Origin: Bdellovibrionota bacterium
GTDB lineage: Bacteria; Bdellovibrionota_C; UBA2361; OMII01
Assembly: GCA_044356215.1 (NCBI GenBank)
Contig: JBIKWQ010000098.1
Location: 1-10,329, forward strand
Direction: 5' to 3'
DNA: 10,329 nt
Each line of letters begins with the position of its first letter. Position 1 is the first letter of the stretch. Under the pieces are notes generated by a model. That model saw nothing but the letters and a program-made list of their open reading frames with translations, was not told where the DNA came from and did not search any database. Positions 1 to 8,093 of the stretch are shown one piece after another. The position numbers and the translations under genes are program-made.

Positions 1-132
1 GTCGCTTCACTGATAGCTTTCCTTCTAGTCCACAGAATAGTTACAGAGCGTTGGGCGTCGGTGTCAGAGGGGGTATTCAACGCCACTCAATCTTTACTCG
101 CTCGTTTCAAGAGGATTAAGGCTCAACAGTAA
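1..132 (+). CDS. lptF: 3' end of a membrane protein, probably the LPS export ABC transporter permease LptF (partial)
   Basis: Frame 1 is open from base 1: VASLIAFLLVHRIVTERWASVSEGVFNATQSLLARFKRIKAQQ*. This is a hydrophobic segment followed by a basic tail. Its TAA (130-132) overlaps the lptG ATG (132-134) as TAATG. The identity is inferred from the usual lptF-lptG tandem, not from motifs. Confidence 0.6.
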   Translation, partial: VASLIAFLLVHRIVTERWASVSEGVFNATQSLLARFKRIKAQQ

Positions 133-1220
133 TGAAGATCCTCCACCGCTACATATTTGGTCTGCTGATTAAAAACTTTCTAATCGGACTCACCACATTT
201 GTTTTTCTCTTTCTGATGGTCGATTTTCTCGACCGAATAGACAATATCATGGCTGACAAAGCCTCTCTTGGACTGATTATTCAGTACTTCGCGTGCAAGA
301 TACCCCTTATAGTTACTCTGATGTTTCCAGTGGCGCTAATCTTCGCCACCTTATTTACCTTTGGCCTGCTCTCAAAGAGCTCAGAGATTACCGCTATGCG
401 CGCCAGTGGAGTTACCCTACTCTGGCTAGCCAGGCCCCTACTCATATTTGGTATGGGGTTATCTGTGCTGTGCCTCTTCCTTAATGAGGTGGTTGTACCG
501 GCCAGCGAGCGTCGCCAGAAGGAGCTCTATAATTTGAAGATCCGTCAAAAAGACGCCAAGGGAGGCTATAACCAGACCGATTTCTGGTGGCGCGGAGGTT
601 CTCATTTTTACACCATCGGGGTCTTTAACTCGAAGACAAAGTCTATTCAAAACTTATCGGATTTTGAACTTAACTCGGATTGGCAAGTAATCAGAAGAAC
701 TGATGCTGACTCGGTAAGGTGGCTTAACGAGGATCTCGGTTGGAGTATGCAAGGGGTAAACCGTTTTCACTTCGATGAAGAAAAGGTGCGCATAGAGCGT
801 CTAGCTAACTTACCTCTAACGATCTCTGAGACCCCGCGGGACTTTTACGAGTTTAACGATGATCCGACAACGATGAGCTTCTCAGAGCTGGATAGCTTTA
901 TCGAGAAGCAGAGCGCGAATGGCGTTTCAACTCGCCAGTACCTTCCCGATCTCTACGGCAAATTAGCCTTCCCTTTTATAATCTTTATTACCGGATTACT
1001 GGTACTTCCATTTACTCTCTTACCCGCTAGATCAGGCAGCATGGCTGTAAGTTCAATAGCGGCTATCTTTGTAGCGTTCGCGTACTACGCCGTTGATTCA
1101 TTCAGCATCTCGATGGGAAGAGCCGAGCTCCTGCCGCCCCTTCTAGCGGCTTGGAGCGCGAATATCGTTATGGGGCTCGTAGCGTTTATTCTTAATGCTG
1201 GGTCGGAGGCGCCGAGGTAA
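132..1220 (+). CDS. lptG: LPS export ABC transporter permease LptG (YjgP/YjgQ family)
   Basis: 362 aa. N-terminus MKILHRYI, three TM helices, family motif LSKSSEITAMRASGV, a periplasmic beta-rich region, then DPTTMSFSEL, KLAFPF and LPPLLAAWSANIV with three more TM helices. Second gene of an apparent lptF-lptG pair. Confidence 0.88.
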   Translation: MKILHRYIFGLLIKNFLIGLTTFVFLFLMVDFLDRIDNIMADKASLGLIIQYFACKIPLIVTLMFPVALIFATLFTFGLLSKSSEITAMRASGVTLLWLARPLLIFGMGLSVLCLFLNEVVVPASERRQKELYNLKIRQKDAKGGYNQTDFWWRGGSHFYTIGVFNSKTKSIQNLSDFELNSDWQVIRRTDADSVRWLNEDLGWSMQGVNRFHFDEEKVRIERLANLPLTISETPRDFYEFNDDPTTMSFSELDSFIEKQSANGVSTRQYLPDLYGKLAFPFIIFITGLLVLPFTLLPARSGSMAVSSIAAIFVAFAYYAVDSFSISMGRAELLPPLLAAWSANIVMGLVAFILNAGSEAPR

Positions 1221-1265
1221 AAACAAAAAGAGGTAGAAACAAAAAATGAAAAACCCTTTGCCAGC

Positions 1266-1389
1266 TCTAGGGCGTAGCAGTTTTTTTACCACAGAGGACG
1301 CAGAGGACACAGAGAAAGCCCCATAATTACCCATAAAATGGCCGTTCTCTGTGTCCTCTGTGGTAACATCTTTTGCTAATAAGCCTAGA
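1266..1389. repeat. Long imperfect inverted repeat (REP/MITE-like palindrome) between convergent lptG and cmk
   Basis: TTACCACAGAGGAC[GCAGAGGAC]ACAGAGAA (1286-1316) is the reverse complement of TTCTCTGTGTCCTCTGTGGTAA (1345-1366) apart from a 9-nt extra unit. Outer pairs are TAGCA 1275-1279 with TGCTA 1374-1378 and TCTAGG 1266-1271 with CCTAGA 1384-1389. Confidence 0.75.
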
Positions 1390-1475
1390 AGTTCACCAAA
1401 AACACGGCGGGTCCCTGTGACTCTAGTTGAATTTTTTACAAAGAGACCAGCGAGAGCAGCGAGGGGAAGGAATGT

Positions 1476-1508
1476 GAGAGGTGGAGTTTTGCCGCTACTC
1501 CGGCCTTT
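1476..1508. terminator. Possible stem-loop directly after the cmk stop codon
   Basis: GAGAGGTGGAGT-N9-ACTCCGGCCTTTC forms an imperfect stem that abuts the cmk stop. There is no clear U-tract, so it is weak as an intrinsic terminator. Confidence 0.3.
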
Positions 1509-2189
1509 CTAAAACAAAACGTTATGTACTATCCCCGCCATCTTCTCGATAACGCTCTCCAGGGGCTCTATCGAATTATCAATCGCGATAGCACCATCGG
1601 CCTGCTTCATTGTCCCTACTGCGCTGGTTGAATCACGGCGGTCCCGTTCTTCTAGATCCCGGGTGATCGATTCTAGTGATGATTCCTGAGGTGTACCTTT
1701 AAGCTGAGCGTACCTTCTCTGGGCCCTAACATCGAGCTTTGCGGTAACGAAGAATTTTACAGGAGCTTCAGGGAATACTACCGTTCCCATATCGCGCCCC
1801 TCAGCTACAACCCCCGTTGGCTTAAATGCTTCACGCTGCAAGTCAAGCAGCCTGTCACGCACCTCCTGGTGCCGGGCTATCAGCGAAGCCCCGGTAGAAA
1901 CCTCAGTGGCGATCAGCTCATCGCCACATGGTAGCCCGTCTATTAGCACTAAACTAGAACCTGTTTCGTCACGCCTTAGCTCAATTGAGTGCTTACTCAT
2001 TTCAGAAACTACATTGTCGCTAGACTTAAGATCCAAACCAGCCCGGAGCGCCAGCAACGCTACAGCTCGGTAGAGCAATCCAGAGTTTAGGTGTCCCATG
2101 CCTAGCTTTTTAGCTAGCCCCTTGGCCAATGCGCTCTTACCAGAGGCTGCTAAACCATCGACTGTAACTATATAGCGGGCTTCATTCAT
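1509..2189 (-). CDS. cmk: Cytidylate kinase ((d)CMP kinase)
   Basis: 226 aa. P-loop VTVDGLAASGKS, LNSGLLYRAVA, VVAEGRDMGTVVFPEAPVKFFVTA, RAQRR and ERDRRDS all match the Cmk pattern. Confidence 0.95.
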   Translation of the reverse strand: MNEARYIVTVDGLAASGKSALAKGLAKKLGMGHLNSGLLYRAVALLALRAGLDLKSSDNVVSEMSKHSIELRRDETGSSLVLIDGLPCGDELIATEVSTGASLIARHQEVRDRLLDLQREAFKPTGVVAEGRDMGTVVFPEAPVKFFVTAKLDVRAQRRYAQLKGTPQESSLESITRDLEERDRRDSTSAVGTMKQADGAIAIDNSIEPLESVIEKMAGIVHNVLF

Positions 2190-2238
2190 TTGGAGCGATT
2201 GATAATTGCTGGTTGCGGGATCTCTACAGGCCTCTGAT

Positions 2239-2267
2239 AATATAGGGGAAGCTATAATTCAAGACAA
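2239..2267 (-). promoter_or_regulatory. Candidate sigma70-type promoter for cmk
   Basis: The minus strand reads TTGTCT-N17-TATATT (-35 at 2267-2262, -10 at 2244-2239), about 50 nt upstream of the cmk ATG. A plus-strand TATAAT at 2253-2258 lies inside the spacer and could serve the divergent patatin gene. Motif match only. Confidence 0.4.
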
Positions 2268-2388
2268 TCGATTCAGTGGGTTATGGCATCTAAATAGGTA
2301 GGAAGCTGGATTTAGCCCCATTCTATTAAGGTTTTATGCCCTTAGCCGACCAACTAAAGTGAGGGACTAGGGGTCAGTTGCAGCGTTT

Positions 2389-3591
2389 ATGCGTAGACGA
2401 CCACAGAAAGACGATCAACCTGCTATAAATTTTCAACGCTCGCTTAAGCCTGCCCAGAGTGAACTGGGGATAGTTCTGTCAGGCGGTGGAGTGCGCGCAG
2501 CATATCAGGCCGGCGCGCTAAAAGCTCTCTCGCAGTTCCTCGAGCGAGACTTAAATCAGACATCAATTATCCTAGGTAGCAGTATAGGGGCGATTAACGG
2601 GCTTGTTTTCTCGGCGTGTCTCAAACACGGGGTTAAGCACTCTATTTCAACCCTCGAAGAGATGTGGCGTGAGAGGAATTTTAACAATACCTTCTCCGGC
2701 TCAAGGGCCAAAGCTTTCTTAAGGGCCCTTAGGATTGCAGCTAAACAATACGTCGATCCAGGTCCTCACAGCTCGAATCTCGCCGTTTTTGACCCTGAAC
2801 CCCTTCGTAATCGAATAGACCGCGAGTTGTTAGCTCACGGAGGACTAACTCCGGAGAGCCGCGCAGCAAATCTTAAGGCTATCGGTGTAATGACAACCCT
2901 AGAGGGTTCTACAAGGAAACCCCTGCTCTTTTTGAGCTCGCATCACCGATTGGAGCATGAAGAGATGCAGGGCGCGAGTTTTGATATCTGTTACGTACCT
3001 GAACTCACTTCCAAGCACGGGTTCGCCTCAGCGGCTCTTCCATCACTCCTTCCTCCGGTAGAGATCAATACAGGGGAAGGTACAGTAAGGTTAGTTGACG
3101 GTGGAATCTCGCAGAATATTCCGGTCGATCCGGCAGTTCGCCTAGGAGCTCACAGGATTATTATTATCGATATATCTGGAAGAACGTGGTGGTTTGATCG
3201 ATACGGAGAGCCACACGATACACGACCTAGCTGGGAGGTCCCTGCAGACGCTCACACCTTCTGTCTTAGGCCGCCAGAGACACTCACTATTAAGAATAAC
3301 ACAGCTTTAGGTCCGTTCCTAAAACAGGCTGTTGGTTCGTCGAGCAAGAGGTTTATGGACGCGTGCGGCGCGTTATGGCCATTCTTCGTGCTTGTTAAGA
3401 AGAAGCTAGGTGAAGATCTAGCATACGAGGTGATGTCGTATGTGGCGCTTGATGAGGAGTATCTAAATGCCCTTTTAGAAGTTGGCTATCACGACACTAT
3501 GGCTATCTTAAGAGCTCGTGGCTCAAATCTGTTTGTCGAAAACGAAGAGGAAACCGGCGGGATCTTTACCAGTGAGCGGGTGATCGCATAG
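2389..3591 (+). CDS. Patatin-like phospholipase family protein
   Basis: 400 aa. Oxyanion loop VLSGGGVRAAYQAG, nucleophile elbow GSSIG (GxSxG), ASAALP motif and catalytic Asp motif LVDGG. No signal peptide is evident. Confidence 0.9.
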   Translation: MRRRPQKDDQPAINFQRSLKPAQSELGIVLSGGGVRAAYQAGALKALSQFLERDLNQTSIILGSSIGAINGLVFSACLKHGVKHSISTLEEMWRERNFNNTFSGSRAKAFLRALRIAAKQYVDPGPHSSNLAVFDPEPLRNRIDRELLAHGGLTPESRAANLKAIGVMTTLEGSTRKPLLFLSSHHRLEHEEMQGASFDICYVPELTSKHGFASAALPSLLPPVEINTGEGTVRLVDGGISQNIPVDPAVRLGAHRIIIIDISGRTWWFDRYGEPHDTRPSWEVPADAHTFCLRPPETLTIKNNTALGPFLKQAVGSSSKRFMDACGALWPFFVLVKKKLGEDLAYEVMSYVALDEEYLNALLEVGYHDTMAILRARGSNLFVENEEETGGIFTSERVIA

Positions 3592-3607
3592 TGCGGCTTC
3601 TTTAAGT

Positions 3608-5905
3608 CTACAGCGGCGCTCCAAACGAGAACATCGTCTGAACTCCTCTCTCTCCATCTTGCCGAGCTATCGGATAGCCGAACTCAACGCGGATTGGTCC
3701 CATCGGCGAGTTCCAACGTATTCCATAGCCCCAGGCCTGTCGAAGAGCGCCCATATCGATCGGTTCATTGTCATCAAAAGCCTGGCCAACGTCGTAAAAA
3801 ACGACTCCCTTAAAACCCGCGGAGTTGATTAGCGGGAATATAAGCTCCAAGTTATTCACAAACTGCTTGCTACCTCCGTATTCACGGCCGTTGAGATCTT
3901 CTGGTCCTAACGTACGGTTGCGGTAACCGCGGACCGAGTTGATTCCTCCTGGGAAGTAACGTCTGAAGAGTGGGAATGGATCATCATTAAGACTCTCGCC
4001 GTAACCGAAACTTGTCCTATCTGAGATTACGAACTCTCCAAATGATGTCTCCCATAGAGGGTGGAACCAGGAATTACGTGCCTCTAATAGGTAAAACTCC
4101 TGGTCGCCGCCGAGGCCTGCTAATTCCACGCTGAAAATCTGCTTAGATCCTTTGGTTGGATTAAGTGGATTATTGATGGTGTTGCGAACTAAGCTAGGTG
4201 TAACTGATGACGCTGTTGAGGTACCCTCAGAGTCCTTCACGAACTGAGAGGCGTAGTACTCAACTTCATTGATCTTCACGAACTGCAGCTCGTATTTAAC
4301 GTTTGCGTTAATATCCTGAAAAGCCTCTCCGAATACCCGTTCCAATGGATAGCCTAACGTTCCGCTTCCCCCAGCCAACTCACGGTCGAAGTCATTATAC
4401 CGCCTTGTTGTTCGAAAAAGGTCTACCCCTCCCGAAACCCAGGTATCGTTTATTCGTGGGTCATCGATAGAAAGCATCTGGTTTGTTACTTGAGAACCGA
4501 AGTCTAGATTAAGATTTAGCTTACGACCGGTTCCAAACAAGTTATTCTCTGTAACTCTTGTATTGAACAACGAACCGTTAGCCGTTGAATATCCAGCTCC
4601 GGCGCTAAAACTACCTGTGGTGGCCTCCTTTACCAGGACATCTAGATCTACAGCCGTTGGATCGCTGGTAGCTTTATTGGTGATACTAACCTCATCAAAT
4701 GCTCCCAAACGCTGCAGAAGAGTCTGGCTTCGCTTAATCTTACTACCTGAGTATGTCTCCTGCTCACCGATCGCCAGCCAGCGGCGAATAACGTGGTCGT
4801 AGGTCTTTTCGTTGCCGTTAATAGTGATGTTATTAATCCGCACTTTTTGCCCGCGCGTACTGGCGAAGCTTAAATCAACGGTACCATCGTCACGATTAAG
4901 CGAGGTATTTGGCACCACGTTGGCGAAGGCATATCCTTCATCTGAAAACTTATCAGTGATGGCGAATATGTCTTCTCTAACCTGAGAGGCGTTAAATACC
5001 TCCCCACTCTCACTCTTAATATCTTTGAGGGTCGTTTCTTGGGACGAATCAACGAAGTCTCCAGTAGCCGCGACCTTGCCAACTTTGTATTCGCGACCCT
5101 CTGTTATATCAAAGGTTACGTATAAACCATCATCACGCTTCTCTACGGACGCCTCTCCCACTTGTCCATCAAGGCGTCCGTGGTCCATTAAGTACTGACG
5201 AATAACTTGCTTGTCGGCATCCATCATCTCCTGGTTCACTCGTCCCGTCCCAAACAACCAAGAGTTCCACCATTTGTAGGTCTTTATGTTCATGTCTGCA
5301 GAGATCTTGTCGGGGTCAAGCTGATCGGCCCCCTTTATCGCGACCTCTCTGACTCTGTAGCGCTTCCCTTCGGTCACATTAAACGTTACATCGACCTCAT
5401 TATCACCGACTGGAGCCGTCGAGTAATCGAGAGCGGCGTCGTAAAACCCCTGCCCCTGGTAGTAACTTGCCGCTTTCCGTGTAAGAGCCTGAAGCTTGTT
5501 TTTATCAACAAACTTCTTTCCCTCTATCTTTACGACTTCTGCCAAGTCGCTTTCGGATACAGCGTCGTTACCCTTAATAAAGACCTTTCTCGCTACCGGC
5601 TTCTCAGAGACTGTGTAGCGCAAAACGGAACGACCCGACGCGTCTGGGACCACCGAAGCCGATACCTGGTCGAAAAAGCCCGAATTGTAAAGCGTCTTGA
5701 TGTCAGAGTTGATCAGATTAGTTGAAACCGTACCGGACTGGCCGGATATCTGAGCCTTGATAGCGCTTGGGTCGATGCGACGATTTCCTACGATCTCAAC
5801 ACCAGAGATATGATAACCGTCCTGCGCGACAGAGTCGGAGCAATGCGCGAGGAGAGAAGCTAAGAAAGTTGCCGCGATGGCAGTTGATAGCTTATAACGA
5901 GACAT
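3608..5905 (-). CDS. bamA: Outer membrane protein assembly factor BamA
   Basis: 765 aa. Signal peptide, five POTRA-like repeats (IVGNRRI..LYNSGFF; IKGNDAV..YYQGQGF; IKGADQL..YLMDHG; ATGD..FSDEGYAFA; INGNEKTYDHVIRR..LGAF), barrel start TGSFSAGAGYS..ENNLFGTG, loop-6 GGINSVRGY, and a C-terminal GIRWNSPMGPIRVEFGYP. Confidence 0.95.
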   Translation of the reverse strand: MSRYKLSTAIAATFLASLLAHCSDSVAQDGYHISGVEIVGNRRIDPSAIKAQISGQSGTVSTNLINSDIKTLYNSGFFDQVSASVVPDASGRSVLRYTVSEKPVARKVFIKGNDAVSESDLAEVVKIEGKKFVDKNKLQALTRKAASYYQGQGFYDAALDYSTAPVGDNEVDVTFNVTEGKRYRVREVAIKGADQLDPDKISADMNIKTYKWWNSWLFGTGRVNQEMMDADKQVIRQYLMDHGRLDGQVGEASVEKRDDGLYVTFDITEGREYKVGKVAATGDFVDSSQETTLKDIKSESGEVFNASQVREDIFAITDKFSDEGYAFANVVPNTSLNRDDGTVDLSFASTRGQKVRINNITINGNEKTYDHVIRRWLAIGEQETYSGSKIKRSQTLLQRLGAFDEVSITNKATSDPTAVDLDVLVKEATTGSFSAGAGYSTANGSLFNTRVTENNLFGTGRKLNLNLDFGSQVTNQMLSIDDPRINDTWVSGGVDLFRTTRRYNDFDRELAGGSGTLGYPLERVFGEAFQDINANVKYELQFVKINEVEYYASQFVKDSEGTSTASSVTPSLVRNTINNPLNPTKGSKQIFSVELAGLGGDQEFYLLEARNSWFHPLWETSFGEFVISDRTSFGYGESLNDDPFPLFRRYFPGGINSVRGYRNRTLGPEDLNGREYGGSKQFVNNLELIFPLINSAGFKGVVFYDVGQAFDDNEPIDMGALRQAWGYGIRWNSPMGPIRVEFGYPIARQDGERGVQTMFSFGAPL

Positions 5906-6611
5906 TATCCTCCTCTGATCTAATCGGCGCTCGCCTTTTCACTGGGACAAGCTCTCCCCCGGGCTTCATCTCTACCACAAGATCCATGTTCCACGCCAAC
6001 TCATGATTGTGAGTGACGATTATTAAAGTGTTGCGGAGCTCACGATTGAGGTCTAGCAGGATCCTTTGGACGTCGTTTGCCGTCTCCATATCGAGGTTAC
6101 CGGTAGGTTCATCCGCTAACACTACGCGTGGCTTGGTCACCAAGGCTCGAGCAATCGAAACGCGCTGCTGCTCACCCCCAGACAATTCAGACGGCCTATG
6201 TGTTACCCGGCTCTTAAGTCCCATCCTCTCCAAAAGTTCCGAGGCGACCTTAAGAGCCTCGGCATCTTCGACGCCAGAGATAATCAGAGGCATCGCGACG
6301 TTCTCTACAGCAGAAAACTCAGGCAAGAGATGATGAAACTGAAATATGAAGCCAACCTTCTTGGCGCGCAAAGCGGCCCTTTCATCTGAGGATAGATCGC
6401 TTATAGGTTTATCATCGTAGTACACCCGTCCCTTGGTCGGAACATCGAGGCCCCCAAGGAGATGCATTAGTGTCGATTTTCCTATTCCTGAACGGCCAAT
6501 AATAGCCACCGAGCCGTGCTCTGGGAAAGAAAAAGTGAGATCTCGAACGACCGTCAGCTCACGATCGGCGTCCTTATAGCTCTTTATCAGCCCTTCAGTA
6601 CGAATGTGCAT
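5892..6611 (-). CDS. lolD: Lipoprotein-releasing ABC transporter ATP-binding protein LolD
   Basis: 239 aa. Walker A GRSGIGKST, GFIFQFHHLLPEFSAVENVAMP, signature LSGGEQQRV, Walker B VLADEPTGNLD and H-loop VTHN. It follows a LolC/E gene. Confidence 0.92.
   Translation of the reverse strand: MHIRTEGLIKSYKDADRELTVVRDLTFSFPEHGSVAIIGRSGIGKSTLMHLLGGLDVPTKGRVYYDDKPISDLSSDERAALRAKKVGFIFQFHHLLPEFSAVENVAMPLIISGVEDAEALKVASELLERMGLKSRVTHRPSELSGGEQQRVSIARALVTKPRVVLADEPTGNLDMETANDVQRILLDLNRELRNTLIIVTHNHELAWNMDLVVEMKPGGELVPVKRRAPIRSEEDNVSL
5909..5916 (-). promoter_or_regulatory. Shine-Dalgarno site for bamA, inside the lolD 3' end
   Basis: The minus strand reads AGAGGAGG-ATA-ATG. lolD and bamA overlap by 14 bp (5892-5905). 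Confidence 0.6.
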
Positions 6612-6639
6612 TTAAAAGATCCCTTTTTGACTTGTTTCC

Positions 6640-7923
6640 TTAGTCATATCGCAAGACCTCACTCGGCTCGAGTCTCGCCGCTCTACGAGCAGGATACATA
6701 GTAGCTAAGAAACATATTAAGAAAGCTGCCACCCCTACCATTATGAAATTTAGAGGATCGATGTAGATCGGCAGGGTTGACATCTGAAAGATCCGCTCGT
6801 CGATTGGGAAGCCAAATCGCTTTAGGCCGATGCATCCACCTAGCCCCAGAGCTAATCCGAGAACGGTTCCGAGAGCTCCGATAACACCACCTTGAATCCT
6901 AAAGATCCACGACACCATCTTTGTTGAGGCCCCCATCGTCTTCATAATCGCTATGTCTTTACGTTTCTCGATCACTATCATGATAAGAGTTGTAACTATT
7001 GAGAAACTAGCCATGACTATTATAAGGAGCAGAACAATAAAATAGACCCGCTTCTCAAGCTGAATAGCCTCCCAAAGTGGTCTATTTGTCTCGGTCCAAT
7101 CCCTAACCGCGAAGCCTGAATTAGCCCCCCCTAAACTGTTGAGAATTTCTCCCGCTACCGTGGCAGAGCGGTTTATGTCATCAACTCTTACCTCTAGCCC
7201 CGATACGGCATCTCCTAGTCCGAAGAATTTCTGAGCCTCTTTAAGGTCCACATAAGCCACTCCGTTCTCGTACTCAACCAATCCGGAGCTATAGAGATCA
7301 GTTATGACGAAACGGCGAAAGCTAGGGACAAGCCCAAATGGTGTTGAGCTGACCTGCGGAGAGAGGATTGAAACCGGAGTTCCGACAAAGACCCCTAAAG
7401 ACCTTGCCAGGGAACGGCCTATAAGGATTCCAGGAATTTGAGCTTCCTCCTCCTCTCCGGCTGGATTGATCACGGTGACAGTTGGAGGACTAAATAGCTT
7501 TGCCAGGTCTTGTCGATCTCGTAAATAACTCGCTACCTGATCCGCTGAGGCGGTATCTGGGAGTATTCCCCTTACTAGCAGTCCAGATGAGCGAGAGTCC
7601 GAGCGGATTAGAACTTGATTGTATGTAAACGGTGATACTGACTTTACCCCTGGAACCTTGGCGACCTCCGAAACGGCGCCCTGCCAACCCTCTATCCGGC
7701 CCCCTGTTCGGTTGCTAATAACGATATGGCTATCGGTGCCAACGATTTTTTCGCGGAGCTCGTGCTCAAAACCTGTCATTACAGCCATAACGATGTTCAA
7801 CACCATTACGCCGATAGCTACTCCAAGCACCGATATAACGGTAATAATGGAGATAAAAGCCTCCGATCGCTTGCTCCATAGGTAGCGCAGCGCGATCTTC
7901 TTTGAAAAGCCCAGGTCGGTCAT
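6640..7923 (-). CDS. lolE: Lipoprotein-releasing ABC transporter permease (LolC/E family)
   Basis: 427 aa. IALRYL..FISIITVISVLGVAIGV..VMAVMTGFE, a MacB-like periplasmic domain, EKRKDIAIMKTMGA, and a C-terminal ATMYPARRAARLEPSEVLRY. LolC, LolE and LolF cannot be told apart by eye. Confidence 0.9.
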   Translation of the reverse strand: MTDLGFSKKIALRYLWSKRSEAFISIITVISVLGVAIGVMVLNIVMAVMTGFEHELREKIVGTDSHIVISNRTGGRIEGWQGAVSEVAKVPGVKSVSPFTYNQVLIRSDSRSSGLLVRGILPDTASADQVASYLRDRQDLAKLFSPPTVTVINPAGEEEEAQIPGILIGRSLARSLGVFVGTPVSILSPQVSSTPFGLVPSFRRFVITDLYSSGLVEYENGVAYVDLKEAQKFFGLGDAVSGLEVRVDDINRSATVAGEILNSLGGANSGFAVRDWTETNRPLWEAIQLEKRVYFIVLLLIIVMASFSIVTTLIMIVIEKRKDIAIMKTMGASTKMVSWIFRIQGGVIGALGTVLGLALGLGGCIGLKRFGFPIDERIFQMSTLPIYIDPLNFIMVGVAAFLICFLATMYPARRAARLEPSEVLRYD

Positions 7924-8093
7924 CGACTAGCACGATACCGGTCTGCACTAACGCCGTCAATCGATTCATAAAATCAAGACACCCACGGCTAATTTAATTA
8001 CACCTTGCGAAGCGAAATACAGCAACATTTCGACTGGTCAGGCATCCTAAGATATGGTCTTCTTTCTCAGTGGTTTTGTGCTCTCCTAGCTCT

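Noticed and set aside
1286..1366. CRISPR-like or tRNA-like reading of the CAGAGGAC repeats
   Set aside because: The units are 9 nt, adjacent and inverted, with no spacers and no cloverleaf or T-loop motif.
2070..2100. Cmk LNSG instead of LD(S/T)G as a sign of inactivation
   Set aside because: To my knowledge Asn occurs at this position in other Cmk proteins, and all other motifs are intact.
5825..5905. Lipobox in the BamA signal peptide (LLAHC)
   Set aside because: His at -1 violates the [GAS]-C consensus. SPase I cleavage at SVA|QD is more plausible.
8029..8058. TTCGAC-N18-TATGGT as a promoter for the Omp85 paralogue
   Set aside because: Weak match to consensus that cannot be supported without TSS data.
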